NCBI GenBank assembly: GCA_041652635.1
Contig: JBAZGW010000001.1
Coordinates: 1 to 62,852 of the forward strand
DNA: 62,852 nucleotides
DNA from: Candidatus Omnitrophota bacterium
GTDB lineage: Bacteria; Omnitrophota; Gorgyraeia; Gygaellales; Profunditerraquicolaceae
Direction of reading: 5' to 3'
Shown here piece by piece: positions 52,618 to 61,687 of this stretch. The notes under the pieces were generated by a model, which was given only the letters and a program-made list of their open reading frames with translations, made no database searches and was not told the DNA's origin. The position numbers and the translations under genes were made by a program. Each line of letters starts with the position of its first letter. Position 1 is the stretch's first letter.

Positions 52618-54546
52618 TTAAACGCTCAACGGTTTATAAACCTTCTTTCCGTTAAGGAAGAATTTCGAAAAGAACTCGTAATAATTCAACCTCAACGACT
52701 GTATGCCCACTACCATACCCTCAAGAAACAAAACCAGTATATTGCCTCCGATAATGATTAACAGGGAAACAAAACCCGATCCTACGCCGCGCACAAGTTT
52801 GGAGAGTTCAAAGATCGCCATAAACAACCCGGCGTGCGCGAGGGCGAACGCCGCGACACGAATGAAAGAAACTGTATTGGCAAGGTATCCCATGACGATC
52901 TCCATCATATCGATGACCGTCTCCATCAAAAGCACAAAAACCCCTTCTTTGGCCTTACCGGTGAATATCTCAAGCAACGGTTTCAAGAATAATATCACAA
53001 AACAGGCGCTAATCAAAATGAAATAGCCCGCGGGTACGGCGCCCGCTCCCGGGGCCGTCAACCTGACGGCGAGGGCTATACCGCTCCAATAAAGGATACC
53101 TGAGATCAATCCCGCTTTATCGAAGAACGCTTTCGCGTAGTTACGGTCCCGCAGCGAGATAAAAACATTCAACGCCACCCCCAGAGAGATCACCGCTATG
53201 CCGAAAATTATGCTCATTTTAAAAACGCCTAATATATTATTTATCGGTTTCACCCATAAAGAATCGAATTCAAGGCCGAAAGCGCTGCCGTAAAGCAAAC
53301 CGAACAAAGCCGATACTCCACCGGCGTATGAAGTAAGCGCCCCGGCCTGCCTAACCTTTTCATTCCTGCTGCGCATGATCAGCATACCGGCGGTAAATAA
53401 CAGTAATCCGTGCCCGAGGTCGCCGAACATAGCGCCGAACATCAGCAAGAAAGTGATGGCGGTGAATAACGTCGGGTCCACGCTGCCGTAACGGGGGATG
53501 CCGTATGATTCTATTAAAAGTTCAAAGGGCTTTATGAAAGGCGAATGCTTCAACAATACCGGCACGTCATCCTTTGATATCCCCAGTTCTTCCGGCCTTC
53601 TCTCCTCCACGTAAACGCAACTCTCCATCTGCCGTATCCTGGAAACGACCCCGTCCTTTTCACCGGCGGGAACCCAGCCGGAAAGAAGCACCGTTTTATC
53701 CGTAATACAGGAATATTTCCTGGCCTCCATGATCGACTTCTTCAGCCTGATAAAAGTGTTCATCTGCGAAAGTTCGTCGCCTGAACGGGCGGCGATGTCC
53801 GCCAAAGCGGCGGACTCCAGCGCCGACTCCTGCCTGTCTTTCTCGATCTGCAGTTTAATCTTAAGCTGTATCTCACCAGTGACGGTGTTTTCCTCATCGG
53901 TGAAATCGGTTTTTTCCAGGCCGGCGTCAGCCATAACTTTCCGCAGATAGGCCCTGTCACGCCTGAGCCCGATAAGTAGGAGAGCGACCCTTCCGTCCGG
54001 CTCCTTACGAAAGGGATAGATTACGGTATGAATACCCGAAAGGCTGCGCTCAAGAAGTTCAAGGTTTTTATCGGCTATCCTGCCGGATATCACTTCCAGG
54101 AAACTGTATGCGTTATCTCTTTTCTTCAAGGAGACAGGCAATACACCCGGAACACGATCAAGCATAGACATCCTGGTGCGGATCTCACCCTCAAGTTCAT
54201 CTTTCTTGGCAATGTGCGGGGCCGCCGCCGCGCCTATCGAATTCAGTTTCTGGTCTATGAAAGCGTAAGAAAACTGAACGGCGGACATCGGCGTTACCAC
54301 GGCCGGCCCGGAAAACGGCCGGTAATCTATTGCCGCGCATATCTGACGCAGACGCGCAGCCAGCTTCTCCCAGTCTTCGGCCTCTCTCTGTATCTCCGAA
54401 GCGGAGATACCGTCCAGCCCGGATTCTATCTGACGGATATCCACCGGATGAAAATTGCCGAGCTTAAGTAACTGCGCGAAAGTTTGTTCCGCGTCCTCTT
54501 TGAGCACGGCGATATTTATAAGTTCCATTTCACAAGGGCGCAGCAT
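52618..54546 (-). CDS. atpI: V/A-type ATP synthase subunit I (a)
   Basis: 642 aa with a cytoplasmic coiled N-terminal half and a polytopic C-terminal half containing the conserved ...FIRVAAFALAHAGL... (essential Arg helix). Confidence 0.9.
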   Translation of the reverse strand: MLRPCEMELINIAVLKEDAEQTFAQLLKLGNFHPVDIRQIESGLDGISASEIQREAEDWEKLAARLRQICAAIDYRPFSGPAVVTPMSAVQFSYAFIDQKLNSIGAAAAPHIAKKDELEGEIRTRMSMLDRVPGVLPVSLKKRDNAYSFLEVISGRIADKNLELLERSLSGIHTVIYPFRKEPDGRVALLLIGLRRDRAYLRKVMADAGLEKTDFTDEENTVTGEIQLKIKLQIEKDRQESALESAALADIAARSGDELSQMNTFIRLKKSIMEARKYSCITDKTVLLSGWVPAGEKDGVVSRIRQMESCVYVEERRPEELGISKDDVPVLLKHSPFIKPFELLIESYGIPRYGSVDPTLFTAITFLLMFGAMFGDLGHGLLLFTAGMLIMRSRNEKVRQAGALTSYAGGVSALFGLLYGSAFGLEFDSLWVKPINNILGVFKMSIIFGIAVISLGVALNVFISLRDRNYAKAFFDKAGLISGILYWSGIALAVRLTAPGAGAVPAGYFILISACFVILFLKPLLEIFTGKAKEGVFVLLMETVIDMMEIVMGYLANTVSFIRVAAFALAHAGLFMAIFELSKLVRGVGSGFVSLLIIIGGNILVLFLEGMVVGIQSLRLNYYEFFSKFFLNGKKVYKPLSV

Positions 54547-54552
54547 ACGTAT

Positions 54553-55629
54553 TTATCCCCCGATATTCAACGCTTGCACGACGTCATCTTTGGAATGCCC
54601 ATAGGCCTTCGCGTAAAGAAGCGAAACCAGCAGCCCGGACTGGCGCCGGCTGGAAACCAAATAACCGATGGCCGTGCCTATCGTGAACGGAAAACCCGAA
54701 AGAGCGGATCTGACCTCCCGCAAAAGCAAGCCGTACAAAAACCCCTCTATCAGGAAGAAGTTTTCTTCAAAAATACCTTTTATGTGAGCGTAAGGCCCGA
54801 AGGAAAGGCTGTTGACTACCTGTGTTATACCGTCGCTGGTATAAACCCCCCGCACGTTATCCTTATTGAGGCGCAGCCCGCCGGGGATGAACCAATCCAG
54901 CATCTCCGACATATTCTGAGAGTAATATTTCCTGGAACGCAGCAACAGGTTTATGTTCTCGATATCGATCTCGACCCCGATGATACGCGAGGCGGTCCTG
55001 CGGTCAGGTCCGGAAAGACGGGCGATCGCTTCGGAAACCCTTTCATAATAATCCACGTCAAGGGCGACCTCCAGCAAAAAGAGCTTGCCTTCACGTTTGA
55101 ATTTCTCTCTGGCCTTCATCAAAGCGCGCTTATACGGAGTATCTTCCAGAAGAAGGATGAATTCCTCGATAGTTTCCGCGTTCATCAGCCCGACAAAGTC
55201 AAGAACGGAACCACTTTCGTCCTTATTGATGTAGTCTTCCCAGGCCACCGGCAGCTTACGATGCCATATCCTTAAAACAGTCTTGAGCTGTTCAATTTCC
55301 TGTTTCTGCCTGAGCAAAACCAAAAAATCCTTTTCCCTGCCTGCGGGGAGAGAAAAAATAACTTTTTTGTACGCGGCCGATTCTTCCGCGGCGATGAAAC
55401 GCTCGGCGACAGGCAGATCGGCGGCCGTGGAGATCCTCGCGCCTTCCTGAAGGCCGGCGTAAACAGTCCCTTTAAACAACGCCAAAGCTTCCTGAATATC
55501 TTTCGCTTCAGCCAAAGAAAAGAAAAAACTTTCCGGCAATAAAGCGGAAAGCATCGCCCTGATCCTGGCGTTGGCAAAAGAATATTTGCTTAGATCCCGC
55601 ATCAGTTTTAAGTATTTACGACCTGGCAA
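54553..55629 (-). CDS. atpC: V/A-type ATP synthase subunit C (eukaryotic d-like)
   Basis: 358 aa. The N-terminal ...YSFANARIRAMLSALL... is typical of subunit C(d). Confidence 0.8.
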   Translation of the reverse strand: MPGRKYLKLMRDLSKYSFANARIRAMLSALLPESFFFSLAEAKDIQEALALFKGTVYAGLQEGARISTAADLPVAERFIAAEESAAYKKVIFSLPAGREKDFLVLLRQKQEIEQLKTVLRIWHRKLPVAWEDYINKDESGSVLDFVGLMNAETIEEFILLLEDTPYKRALMKAREKFKREGKLFLLEVALDVDYYERVSEAIARLSGPDRRTASRIIGVEIDIENINLLLRSRKYYSQNMSEMLDWFIPGGLRLNKDNVRGVYTSDGITQVVNSLSFGPYAHIKGIFEENFFLIEGFLYGLLLREVRSALSGFPFTIGTAIGYLVSSRRQSGLLVSLLYAKAYGHSKDDVVQALNIGG

Positions 55630-55719
55630 ACAGCCGGCCGGCGCGATATTAACTTACGGAATAAGAACTCTGTCCCGGCTCTGCTCGACCAGCGCCGAAA
55701 CGAGTAAAGCCCCGGGGAT

Positions 55720-56031
55720 TCACAGGGAAATTATCTCGGAAAATATTCTCCGGGCCACGGAAGGGATATTCTGTTCTTTGGAAATGCGCAGAGCTGCGTA
55801 TTCCTCTCGGGCGCCGTTGACCTTACTTTCTTTTCCGGCAAGGCACTCTTTGCGGGCAGCCTCTCTCCGCTCTTGCGCGGAAATACGGGATTGTTCTACC
55901 GATTCTTCGAGGATTTTACCGGCTTGCGCTTTAGCCTCGGAAAGAATATATTCCGCTTGCTGCTTTGCCTGCTCAATCTTTCTCTTTGAATCCTGCTCTT
56001 CTTGCAAAATACGCTCGACGATCTCTTTCAT
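55720..56031 (-). CDS. V/A-type ATPase peripheral-stalk-like coiled-coil subunit (G/H-like)
   Basis: 103 aa and highly charged helical (ILQEEQDSKRKIEQAKQQAEYILSEAKAQAGKILEE). It is the first gene of the ATPase operon. Confidence 0.5.
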   Translation of the reverse strand: MKEIVERILQEEQDSKRKIEQAKQQAEYILSEAKAQAGKILEESVEQSRISAQERREAARKECLAGKESKVNGAREEYAALRISKEQNIPSVARRIFSEIISL

Positions 56032-56040
56032 AATGCTTTT

Positions 56041-56068
56041 ATTTTACCATTTACAGTATAAATGTAAA
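56041..56068 (-). promoter_or_regulatory. possible promoter of the ATPase operon
   Basis: Minus strand TTTACA (56068-56063), a 16-nt spacer, then TAAAAT (46-41), only about 10 nt before the ATG (near-leaderless, no SD). It is embedded in an atttaca/tgtaaat inverted repeat. Motif-only evidence. Confidence 0.3.
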
Positions 56069-56103
56069 TGTAAATCTCATATACAAAAAAAACGGCAACG
56101 ACT

Positions 56104-56160
56104 ATGGTAACGAAGTCCATATCGGTTTTCGGTTACGGTAACGTCGGAAGCCGTAACCGA
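56104..56160. repeat. GGTAACG/CGTTACC-rich intergenic repeat, copy C
   Basis: ggtaacgaagtccatatcggttttcggttacggtaacgtcggaagccgtaaccg shares blocks with the reverse complement of copy B: ggtaacgaag, tatcggtt, ggttacggtaacgt and agccgtaaccg. Confidence 0.75.
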
Positions 56161-56241
56161 CCATCATTGAAACATTGACGAAACTTTGTCCGCCGCTGGA
56201 ACTTGGAGAGGTCTTGCTTCTTGTTTCTCGTCACTCGTCCT

Positions 56242-56508
56242 TCAGCCTTCCTGCTTCGTAATCTGCTTTCCCAGCGCCGACTTAACCGATACTCCTTCCA
56301 GCGCGCCGAGTTTGCCGGTCAACGCCCCCAGTTCATCCGTGCCCGCGTCCACTATCAAAGTGATCACACAGCAGGACTTACGGGCATAAGGCATCCCCAT
56401 CCTGCCGACGATTATGCCGCCGTAATCGGTGAGTACCGTGTTGACGGCGGGAGCCGATCTCTGCCTGTTGTCTACGATAATACCCACAAAACCCAATCTG
56501 CGTTCCAT
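56242..56508 (-). CDS. TM1266-family putative iron-only hydrogenase system regulator
   Basis: MERRLGFVGIIVDNRQRSAPAVNTVLTDYGGIIVGRMGMPY....CVITLIVDAGTDELGALTGKLGALEGVSVKSAL matches this small ACT-like family. The ATG at 56508 is preceded by GGAGG; the track's 48-codon extension covers a repeat-rich spacer. Confidence 0.75.
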   Translation of the reverse strand: MERRLGFVGIIVDNRQRSAPAVNTVLTDYGGIIVGRMGMPYARKSCCVITLIVDAGTDELGALTGKLGALEGVSVKSALGKQITKQEG

Positions 56509-56748
56509 ACAGACCTCCGTTCTTATCATATCTTTAACTCGTCCTTCAGCCTCGTCCATCGTGCCTCTGTCTCGTGCCTCGTGCTTCATGCTTCGTGCTT
56601 CATTTTTCTTCTTAACTGCGCATAAAGAACCCGGTTCCGCTCCGTAGTCCACGGAGAAAAACCGGGTAGTGATATCGCGGCCGCTCTTTCCCCTTTGGCT
56701 CAGAAGCTTTTCGATTCCTTACCTTCAGGACTTACGCTGGATACCGGG

Positions 56749-58497
56749 CTATTTTATATAAACCGGCCTGGCCTTATAATGCGTGTGCAAGAGATGTTCG
56801 GATTTCTCGCCCAAGGGCCGGCCGAGATATTCTTCATACAGTTTCTTTATATACGGATTCTCGTGCGAGAATCTTAACGGGCAATCCCTATCGTCTTTAT
56901 ACAAACCTTCGGCGCGCTTCTTGCGCAATTCATCGGTGACCCCGTAAGGCTGTCCTCCGCCGCCCACGCAGCCTCCGGCGCAAGCCATCACCTCTATGAA
57001 ATGATACGGGAGTTCCTGATTGTTCTTCTTAGCTTCTCTGACCTTATTCAGCACGTATTCGACGTTGCTCAATCCGTGCGCTATGGCCACGCGTATTTTC
57101 TTACCGTCGATCTGGATCTCCGCTTCCTTGACGCCGTTAAGCCCGCGCAGATCCTCGAAATCCACTTTTTTAAGGTTCTTGCCGTTGAGCACGAAATAGG
57201 CCGTGCGCAGCGCCGCTTCCATTACCCCGCCGGTGGCCCCGAAAATAACCCCTGCTCCGGTATAATCTCCCAGGATATGGTCCGGATCCTCGTCCGGGAG
57301 ATTCACGAAGTCAATACCCGCCTGTTTGATCATCCGCGCCAGTTCGCGCGTGGTAAGCGAAATGTCCACGTCCTGGCATCCGGAGGCGAACATCTCTTCA
57401 CACCTCTTTATCTCGTATTTCTTGGAAGTGCACGGCATTATGGAGACCACGAATATTTTCGCCGGGTCTATCCCCTTCTTTTCGGCGTAATACGTCTTTG
57501 CCAGCACGCCCAATATCTCCTGCGGAGATTTACAGGATGAAAAATATTCCATCATATCCGGATGGAACTTTTCCATAAAGTCCACCCAGGACGGGCAGCA
57601 GGTGGTGATAAGCGGCAGAGGCCCTTTATGCTTAGTAAAACGTTCCACGAACTCCGTGCCCTCTTCCATAATGGTGACGTCTGCCGCGAAATTAGTGTCG
57701 AAAACGGCCTTAAATCCCAATCTGCGCAATAAGGAATACAGTTTCCTGGTCAGGTTAGTGCCCACGGGATAACCGAAAGCCTCTCCCACCGCCACCCTTA
57801 CCGCGGGCGCGATCTGCACCACGCAATATTTATCTGGATCCTGCAACGCCTCCCACACCCTGCCGGAGTCATCCTTCTCGACTATCGCTCCGGTCGGACA
57901 GTGGTTGGAACATTGTCCGCACCTGACGCAGGGCGAATCCGCCAGCTTGATATCTCCGGCCGGAGAAATACGCGTTCCGAATCCCCTCTCCAGGAATGAA
58001 AGCGCCCAGACATTCTGCATATTCTGGCAGACATCGACGCACCTGCCGCAAAGTATGCATTTCTGCGGTTCCAGCACGATCGTTCCTGTGGAATCGTCCG
58101 GTGGCAGCGGGGAAAGAAAATTCTTGAAAGATTCCTGCCTGATGCCGAAATCCGCGGCCAGTTTCTGAAGTTCGCAATCGTTATTCCGGCCGCATTTAAG
58201 ACAATCATTGGGGTGTTTGGATAAGATCAATTCCAGCACGGTGCGCCTGACGGCGATTATTTCCGGATCGTGCGTGATGATATCCATACCCTCTTCCAGG
58301 GGAGTACAACAGGCGCGCAGCATCTTCGCCGAGCCTCTGATCCTGACGATACAGATGCCGCAGGCCGCGGAGGCGTGCAGATCGGGATGTTTGCAAAGCG
58401 TGGGTATCTTCAGCTGGACCGTCCCGGCGGCTTCCAGAATGGTGGTGCCTTTCTCCACCTGGACATCAATACCGTTTATTCTTGCCTTTATCAACAT
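56749..58497 (-). CDS. hydA: [FeFe]-hydrogenase catalytic subunit (HydA, multimeric NAD(P)-linked type)
   Basis: An N-terminal 2Fe-2S domain and several 4Fe-4S ferredoxin motifs are followed by H-cluster motifs TTCCPSW, MPCTSKKYE and EVMACAGGCVGGGGQP. The ATG at 58497 is preceded by AAGGAG. Confidence 0.95.
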   Translation of the reverse strand: MLIKARINGIDVQVEKGTTILEAAGTVQLKIPTLCKHPDLHASAACGICIVRIRGSAKMLRACCTPLEEGMDIITHDPEIIAVRRTVLELILSKHPNDCLKCGRNNDCELQKLAADFGIRQESFKNFLSPLPPDDSTGTIVLEPQKCILCGRCVDVCQNMQNVWALSFLERGFGTRISPAGDIKLADSPCVRCGQCSNHCPTGAIVEKDDSGRVWEALQDPDKYCVVQIAPAVRVAVGEAFGYPVGTNLTRKLYSLLRRLGFKAVFDTNFAADVTIMEEGTEFVERFTKHKGPLPLITTCCPSWVDFMEKFHPDMMEYFSSCKSPQEILGVLAKTYYAEKKGIDPAKIFVVSIMPCTSKKYEIKRCEEMFASGCQDVDISLTTRELARMIKQAGIDFVNLPDEDPDHILGDYTGAGVIFGATGGVMEAALRTAYFVLNGKNLKKVDFEDLRGLNGVKEAEIQIDGKKIRVAIAHGLSNVEYVLNKVREAKKNNQELPYHFIEVMACAGGCVGGGGQPYGVTDELRKKRAEGLYKDDRDCPLRFSHENPYIKKLYEEYLGRPLGEKSEHLLHTHYKARPVYIK

Positions 58498-58499
58498 CT

Positions 58500-60242
58500 T
58501 TACTCCTTGGCGATAGACTGGAATTTGCAAACTTCAAAACACTTGCCGCACTTGATACATTTGGACGCGTCTATGAAAAATCCTTTTTCCCTGTCCCCTT
58601 CGATGGCGTTCACGGGGCAATTGATCACGCAGACACGGCAGCGTTTGCATTTATCCTGTATTATGGAATAGGTCATCAGGCTGCGGCATTTATGCGACCG
58701 GCATTTCCTGTTGACGATATGCTCGCGGTATTCGGTTTCGAAATATTTCAGGCTGGACATCACCGGGTTGGCGGCCGTCTGCCCCAAGGCACAGAGAGAA
58801 GCGCGCTGCATAGCCTGAGCCAGCCTGCGCAGTTTATCAATATCCTCAACGGTCCCGCTGCCTTCCACTATGCCGTTCAATACATTCAGCATTTGGTAAC
58901 CACCGATACGGCACGGCGCGCATTTACCGCAGGATTCGTCCACGCAAAACCCGAGATAGAATTTAGCTATATCCACTATACAGTCGCTCTCGTCCATAAC
59001 GATCATCCCGCCGGAACCCATAATGGAACCGAGTTTCTGCAGATTCTCGTAATCCACCGGGGTATCCAGATAATCCACCGGGATTACGCCTCCGGAAGGA
59101 CCGCCTGTCTGCACAGCCTTGATCGGCTTATCCGTAAGCATACCGCCGCCGATATCGAAAACTATTTCCCGCAGAGTGATGCCCATCGGAACTTCCACCA
59201 ACCCGGAATTCTTCACCTTACCGGTGAGAGCGAAAACCTTGGTGCCTTTGGATTTCTCAGTGCCTATCGAAGCGAATTTCTCCCCGCCTTCCAGGATGAT
59301 ATAGGACACGTTGGCCAGGGTCTCGACGTTATTGATGGCGGTGGGCTTACCCCATAATCCGGACACGGAAGGATACGGAGGCCTTGGCCTCGGGGTCCCT
59401 CTCCTGCCCTCGATAGAAGCGATAAGCGCCGTTTCCTCTCCGCAGACAAAAGCTCCGGCGCCGAGACGTATATCGATATCGAAAGAAAAATCCGTTCCGA
59501 GGATATTTTTACCCAGCAATCCGCATTCATAGGCCTGTTCAATGGCTTTTTTGACCCTTTCGACGGCCAGGGGATACTCGGCCCTGATATACATATAGCC
59601 CATGCCGGCGCCGATGGTATATCCGGCGATGATCAACCCCTCGATGACCGAATGCGGGTCTCCTTCCAGGACGCTTCTGTCCATATAAGCGCCGGGGTCG
59701 CCCTCATCCGCGTTGCAGATCACGTATTTTTTATCTGCCTGGGATTCACGGGTGAATTTCCACTTCATCCAGGTCGGATAACCGGCTCCGCCGCGGCCGC
59801 GCAAACCGCTTTTCTTCATCTCTTCGATAACGCCGGCCGGGGTCATCCCGGAAAGTATCTTCTTCAACGCCCCGTACCCGCGGCAGGCGATGTATTCATC
59901 TATGCTCTCCGGGTCGATCACCCCGCAGTTACGCAATACTATCCGGATCTGTTTCGGCTCTTCCTTGAACAAAAGGTCGTTAAGGACGCCATCGGCTTTA
60001 ACGGAAGCCTCGATGATCCTGGCGATGTCCCCATCCTTGACCCCGGTATAAATCGTGCCCTGGGGAAAGATCTTGACCGCGAACCCTTTGGCGTAAATGC
60101 CGATATCCGCCGCCCTCACCAAAGAAACAGAATCTTCCAGACCGTTGTCTTTGATCAAATTGGCGAACGAAGTGTAGAAATCGCGCAGTTTTTCCTGCTC
60201 TGATCGTTCGGTATCCGCCAGCAATATTATTTTCTTGCCCAT
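58500..60242 (-). CDS. hydB: NuoF-like flavoprotein subunit of the hydrogenase (HydB)
   Basis: NADH/FMN-binding motifs GRGGAGYPT and [14 protein letters not shown], the SLBB/4Fe-4S region [10 protein letters not shown], and C-terminal 2x[4Fe-4S] ferredoxin motifs [12 protein letters not shown] and [11 protein letters not shown]. Confidence 0.93.
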   Translation of the reverse strand: MGKKIILLADTERSEQEKLRDFYTSFANLIKDNGLEDSVSLVRAADIGIYAKGFAVKIFPQGTIYTGVKDGDIARIIEASVKADGVLNDLLFKEEPKQIRIVLRNCGVIDPESIDEYIACRGYGALKKILSGMTPAGVIEEMKKSGLRGRGGAGYPTWMKWKFTRESQADKKYVICNADEGDPGAYMDRSVLEGDPHSVIEGLIIAGYTIGAGMGYMYIRAEYPLAVERVKKAIEQAYECGLLGKNILGTDFSFDIDIRLGAGAFVCGEETALIASIEGRRGTPRPRPPYPSVSGLWGKPTAINNVETLANVSYIILEGGEKFASIGTEKSKGTKVFALTGKVKNSGLVEVPMGITLREIVFDIGGGMLTDKPIKAVQTGGPSGGVIPVDYLDTPVDYENLQKLGSIMGSGGMIVMDESDCIVDIAKFYLGFCVDESCGKCAPCRIGGYQMLNVLNGIVEGSGTVEDIDKLRRLAQAMQRASLCALGQTAANPVMSSLKYFETEYREHIVNRKCRSHKCRSLMTYSIIQDKCKRCRVCVINCPVNAIEGDREKGFFIDASKCIKCGKCFEVCKFQSIAKE

Positions 60243-60248
60243 CGCTCT

Positions 60249-60608
60249 TTACGCCTGCCTTTTTGTCCTGACTTCGTAGATATTGTCGTTAACCAGGGTC
60301 TTGGCGGAGATATGCTTTTCCAGGATCTTTATCGCCACGTCCTTGTCCACCCGTCCGTAAACCACGTCCGGCAGGCCGCCGCAATGCACCTCGACCAGCG
60401 GTTCCGCGTAACACATCCCCTGACAGCCGCATTTCTTTATCTGCACCGCCAGGTTGCGTTTCTTCGCTTCCTGCTGCAATGTAGTGAAGACCTCGCCGGC
60501 GCCGGCGGCCATACCGCAGGTGCTCATACCGACTTTTATCCAATCGCCGCTTTCTTTAAGCCCGGCGGCTATTTTTCCGTCTATATCCTTCAAGGTTAAT
60601 TTCGCCAT
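60249..60608 (-). CDS. thioredoxin-like [2Fe-2S] ferredoxin
   Basis: 119 aa with the Cys pattern MSTCGMAAG ... CGCQGMC, typical of the small 2Fe-2S module associated with HydB/NuoE-type complexes. Confidence 0.75.
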   Translation of the reverse strand: MAKLTLKDIDGKIAAGLKESGDWIKVGMSTCGMAAGAGEVFTTLQQEAKKRNLAVQIKKCGCQGMCYAEPLVEVHCGGLPDVVYGRVDKDVAIKILEKHISAKTLVNDNIYEVRTKRQA

Positions 60609-60612
60609 CCGT

Positions 60613-61086
60613 CTATCCTTCTTTTCCGTACTTGGAAACTATTTCCATAACCTGCCCTTTGGTCACCTTGCCGTATACTTTGTCGTCGACCATCATCACC
60701 GGCGCCAGCCCGCAGCACCCCAGGCACCTGACCACATCAAGATGGAACATACCGTCTTTCGTGGTCTCGCCTTCGTTTATGGAAAGTATGCTTTTCACTT
60801 CTTCAAGTATTACCGGAGCGCCTTTCAGATAACAAGCCGTGCCTAAACAAACCGAGATCTTATGTTTACCGGGCGGCTCGAGCTTGAAATAATTATAAAA
60901 AGTGATGACCTCGTAAATACGCGCCAGCGGCACTTCCAAGAGCCTGGAAAGCTGCAGGGAAACCTCTCTCGGCACATAACCGAAATGGTTCTGCACGGCG
61001 TGCAGAACCATGATCAGACTGCCTTCCTTGTCTTTCCATTCCCCGATAAGATTTTTAAGTTTTTCGTCGAGTTGTTCTGAACACAT
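60613..61086 (-). CDS. hydC: NuoE-like [2Fe-2S] subunit of the hydrogenase (HydC)
   Basis: 157 aa with the NuoE pattern ...VCLGTACYLKGA... and ...VRCLGCCGLAPV.... Confidence 0.9.
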   Translation of the reverse strand: MCSEQLDEKLKNLIGEWKDKEGSLIMVLHAVQNHFGYVPREVSLQLSRLLEVPLARIYEVITFYNYFKLEPPGKHKISVCLGTACYLKGAPVILEEVKSILSINEGETTKDGMFHLDVVRCLGCCGLAPVMMVDDKVYGKVTKGQVMEIVSKYGKEG

Positions 61087-61251
61087 CTTAAAAAGGACTC
61101 CCTGTATTGTATACTGCGCCTTTTAAAAGAAAACTACAGCGCGCCGAAAAAATACTTTCCGGCGCTTTAACGCAGTTTAATTACTGCAGCGGATAAAAAT
61201 CCGGCGGGACTGAAGAGCGGAAATATTTTTTAACTTCCACTTTTCGTATAT

Positions 61252-61279
61252 ATATTATCACAACCGGTCGGGTTGTCAA
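61252..61279 (-). promoter_or_regulatory. sigma70-type promoter (extended -10) of the hydrogenase operon, with a palindrome in the spacer
   Basis: Minus strand TTGACA (61279-61274), a 16-nt spacer, then TAATAT (57-52) preceded by TGa. The spacer contains ACAACC-cgacc-GGTTGT. The predicted leader is about 160 nt. Confidence 0.55.
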
Positions 61280-61295
61280 TATTTTTCGTCAAACC

Positions 61296-61603
61296 GCAGT
61301 ACTTTGTTAAAATTTATTTTCTTTGTGCTTACTTTCCCAAAGCCGTCTTATTGTAAAATATTGTCATTAGAAACGTTGCGCGTATTTCAATGCGTTGATC
61401 ATTCCCTGATCTTAAGAAACTCAGCTTATATCGTCATTCTAAGGCCGAAGGGGCCGAAGAATCTCGTCGATAATAGATCCTTCCTCTTCTCTTTGTTAAG
61501 GATCAGGATGACAAAAAATGACATCTCTCACATCTCATATTATGCAACCCATCTTACCGAGGACAAAACTGTCAAATCTATCCTTTTTTTAACAAAGTAC
61601 TGC
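61296..61603. mobile_element. 308-bp MITE-like non-autonomous element
   Basis: Perfect 17-bp terminal inverted repeats, gcagtactttgttaaaa (61296-61312) and ttttaacaaagtactgc (61587-61603). A direct 5-bp duplication, aaacc, flanks them at 61291-61295 and 61604-61608. The interior is AT-rich and non-coding and includes a long imperfect palindrome (61433-61512). Confidence 0.7.
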
Positions 61604-61687
61604 AAACCGCATAAATTCTTTCTACATTCGGCCGGCATCTCTGCCCGCCTTTTTTAGAAGGCCGGAAAAAGATCGGCCCGCGCAGCT

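Noticed and set aside
54484-55275. Long plus-strand ORFs, for example 54484-55275 (263 aa), 58482-59357 (291 aa), 9473-10231 (252 aa), 50043-50738 (231 aa) and 40661-41272 (203 aa).
   Set aside because: Each lies fully antisense to a minus-strand gene with unambiguous family motifs (ATPase subunit C, HydB, the Dph6-like protein, ATPase subunit A, NlpC/P60). Their translations are low-complexity, Arg/Pro/Gly-rich and carry no recognisable motifs. They are shadow ORFs.
61304-61657. 117-aa plus-strand ORF upstream of the hydrogenase operon.
   Set aside because: It lies almost entirely within the MITE-like element. Its translation is low-complexity and derived from the palindromic repeat (...VILRPKGPKNL...LLRIRMT...). 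It has no RBS and no family similarity.
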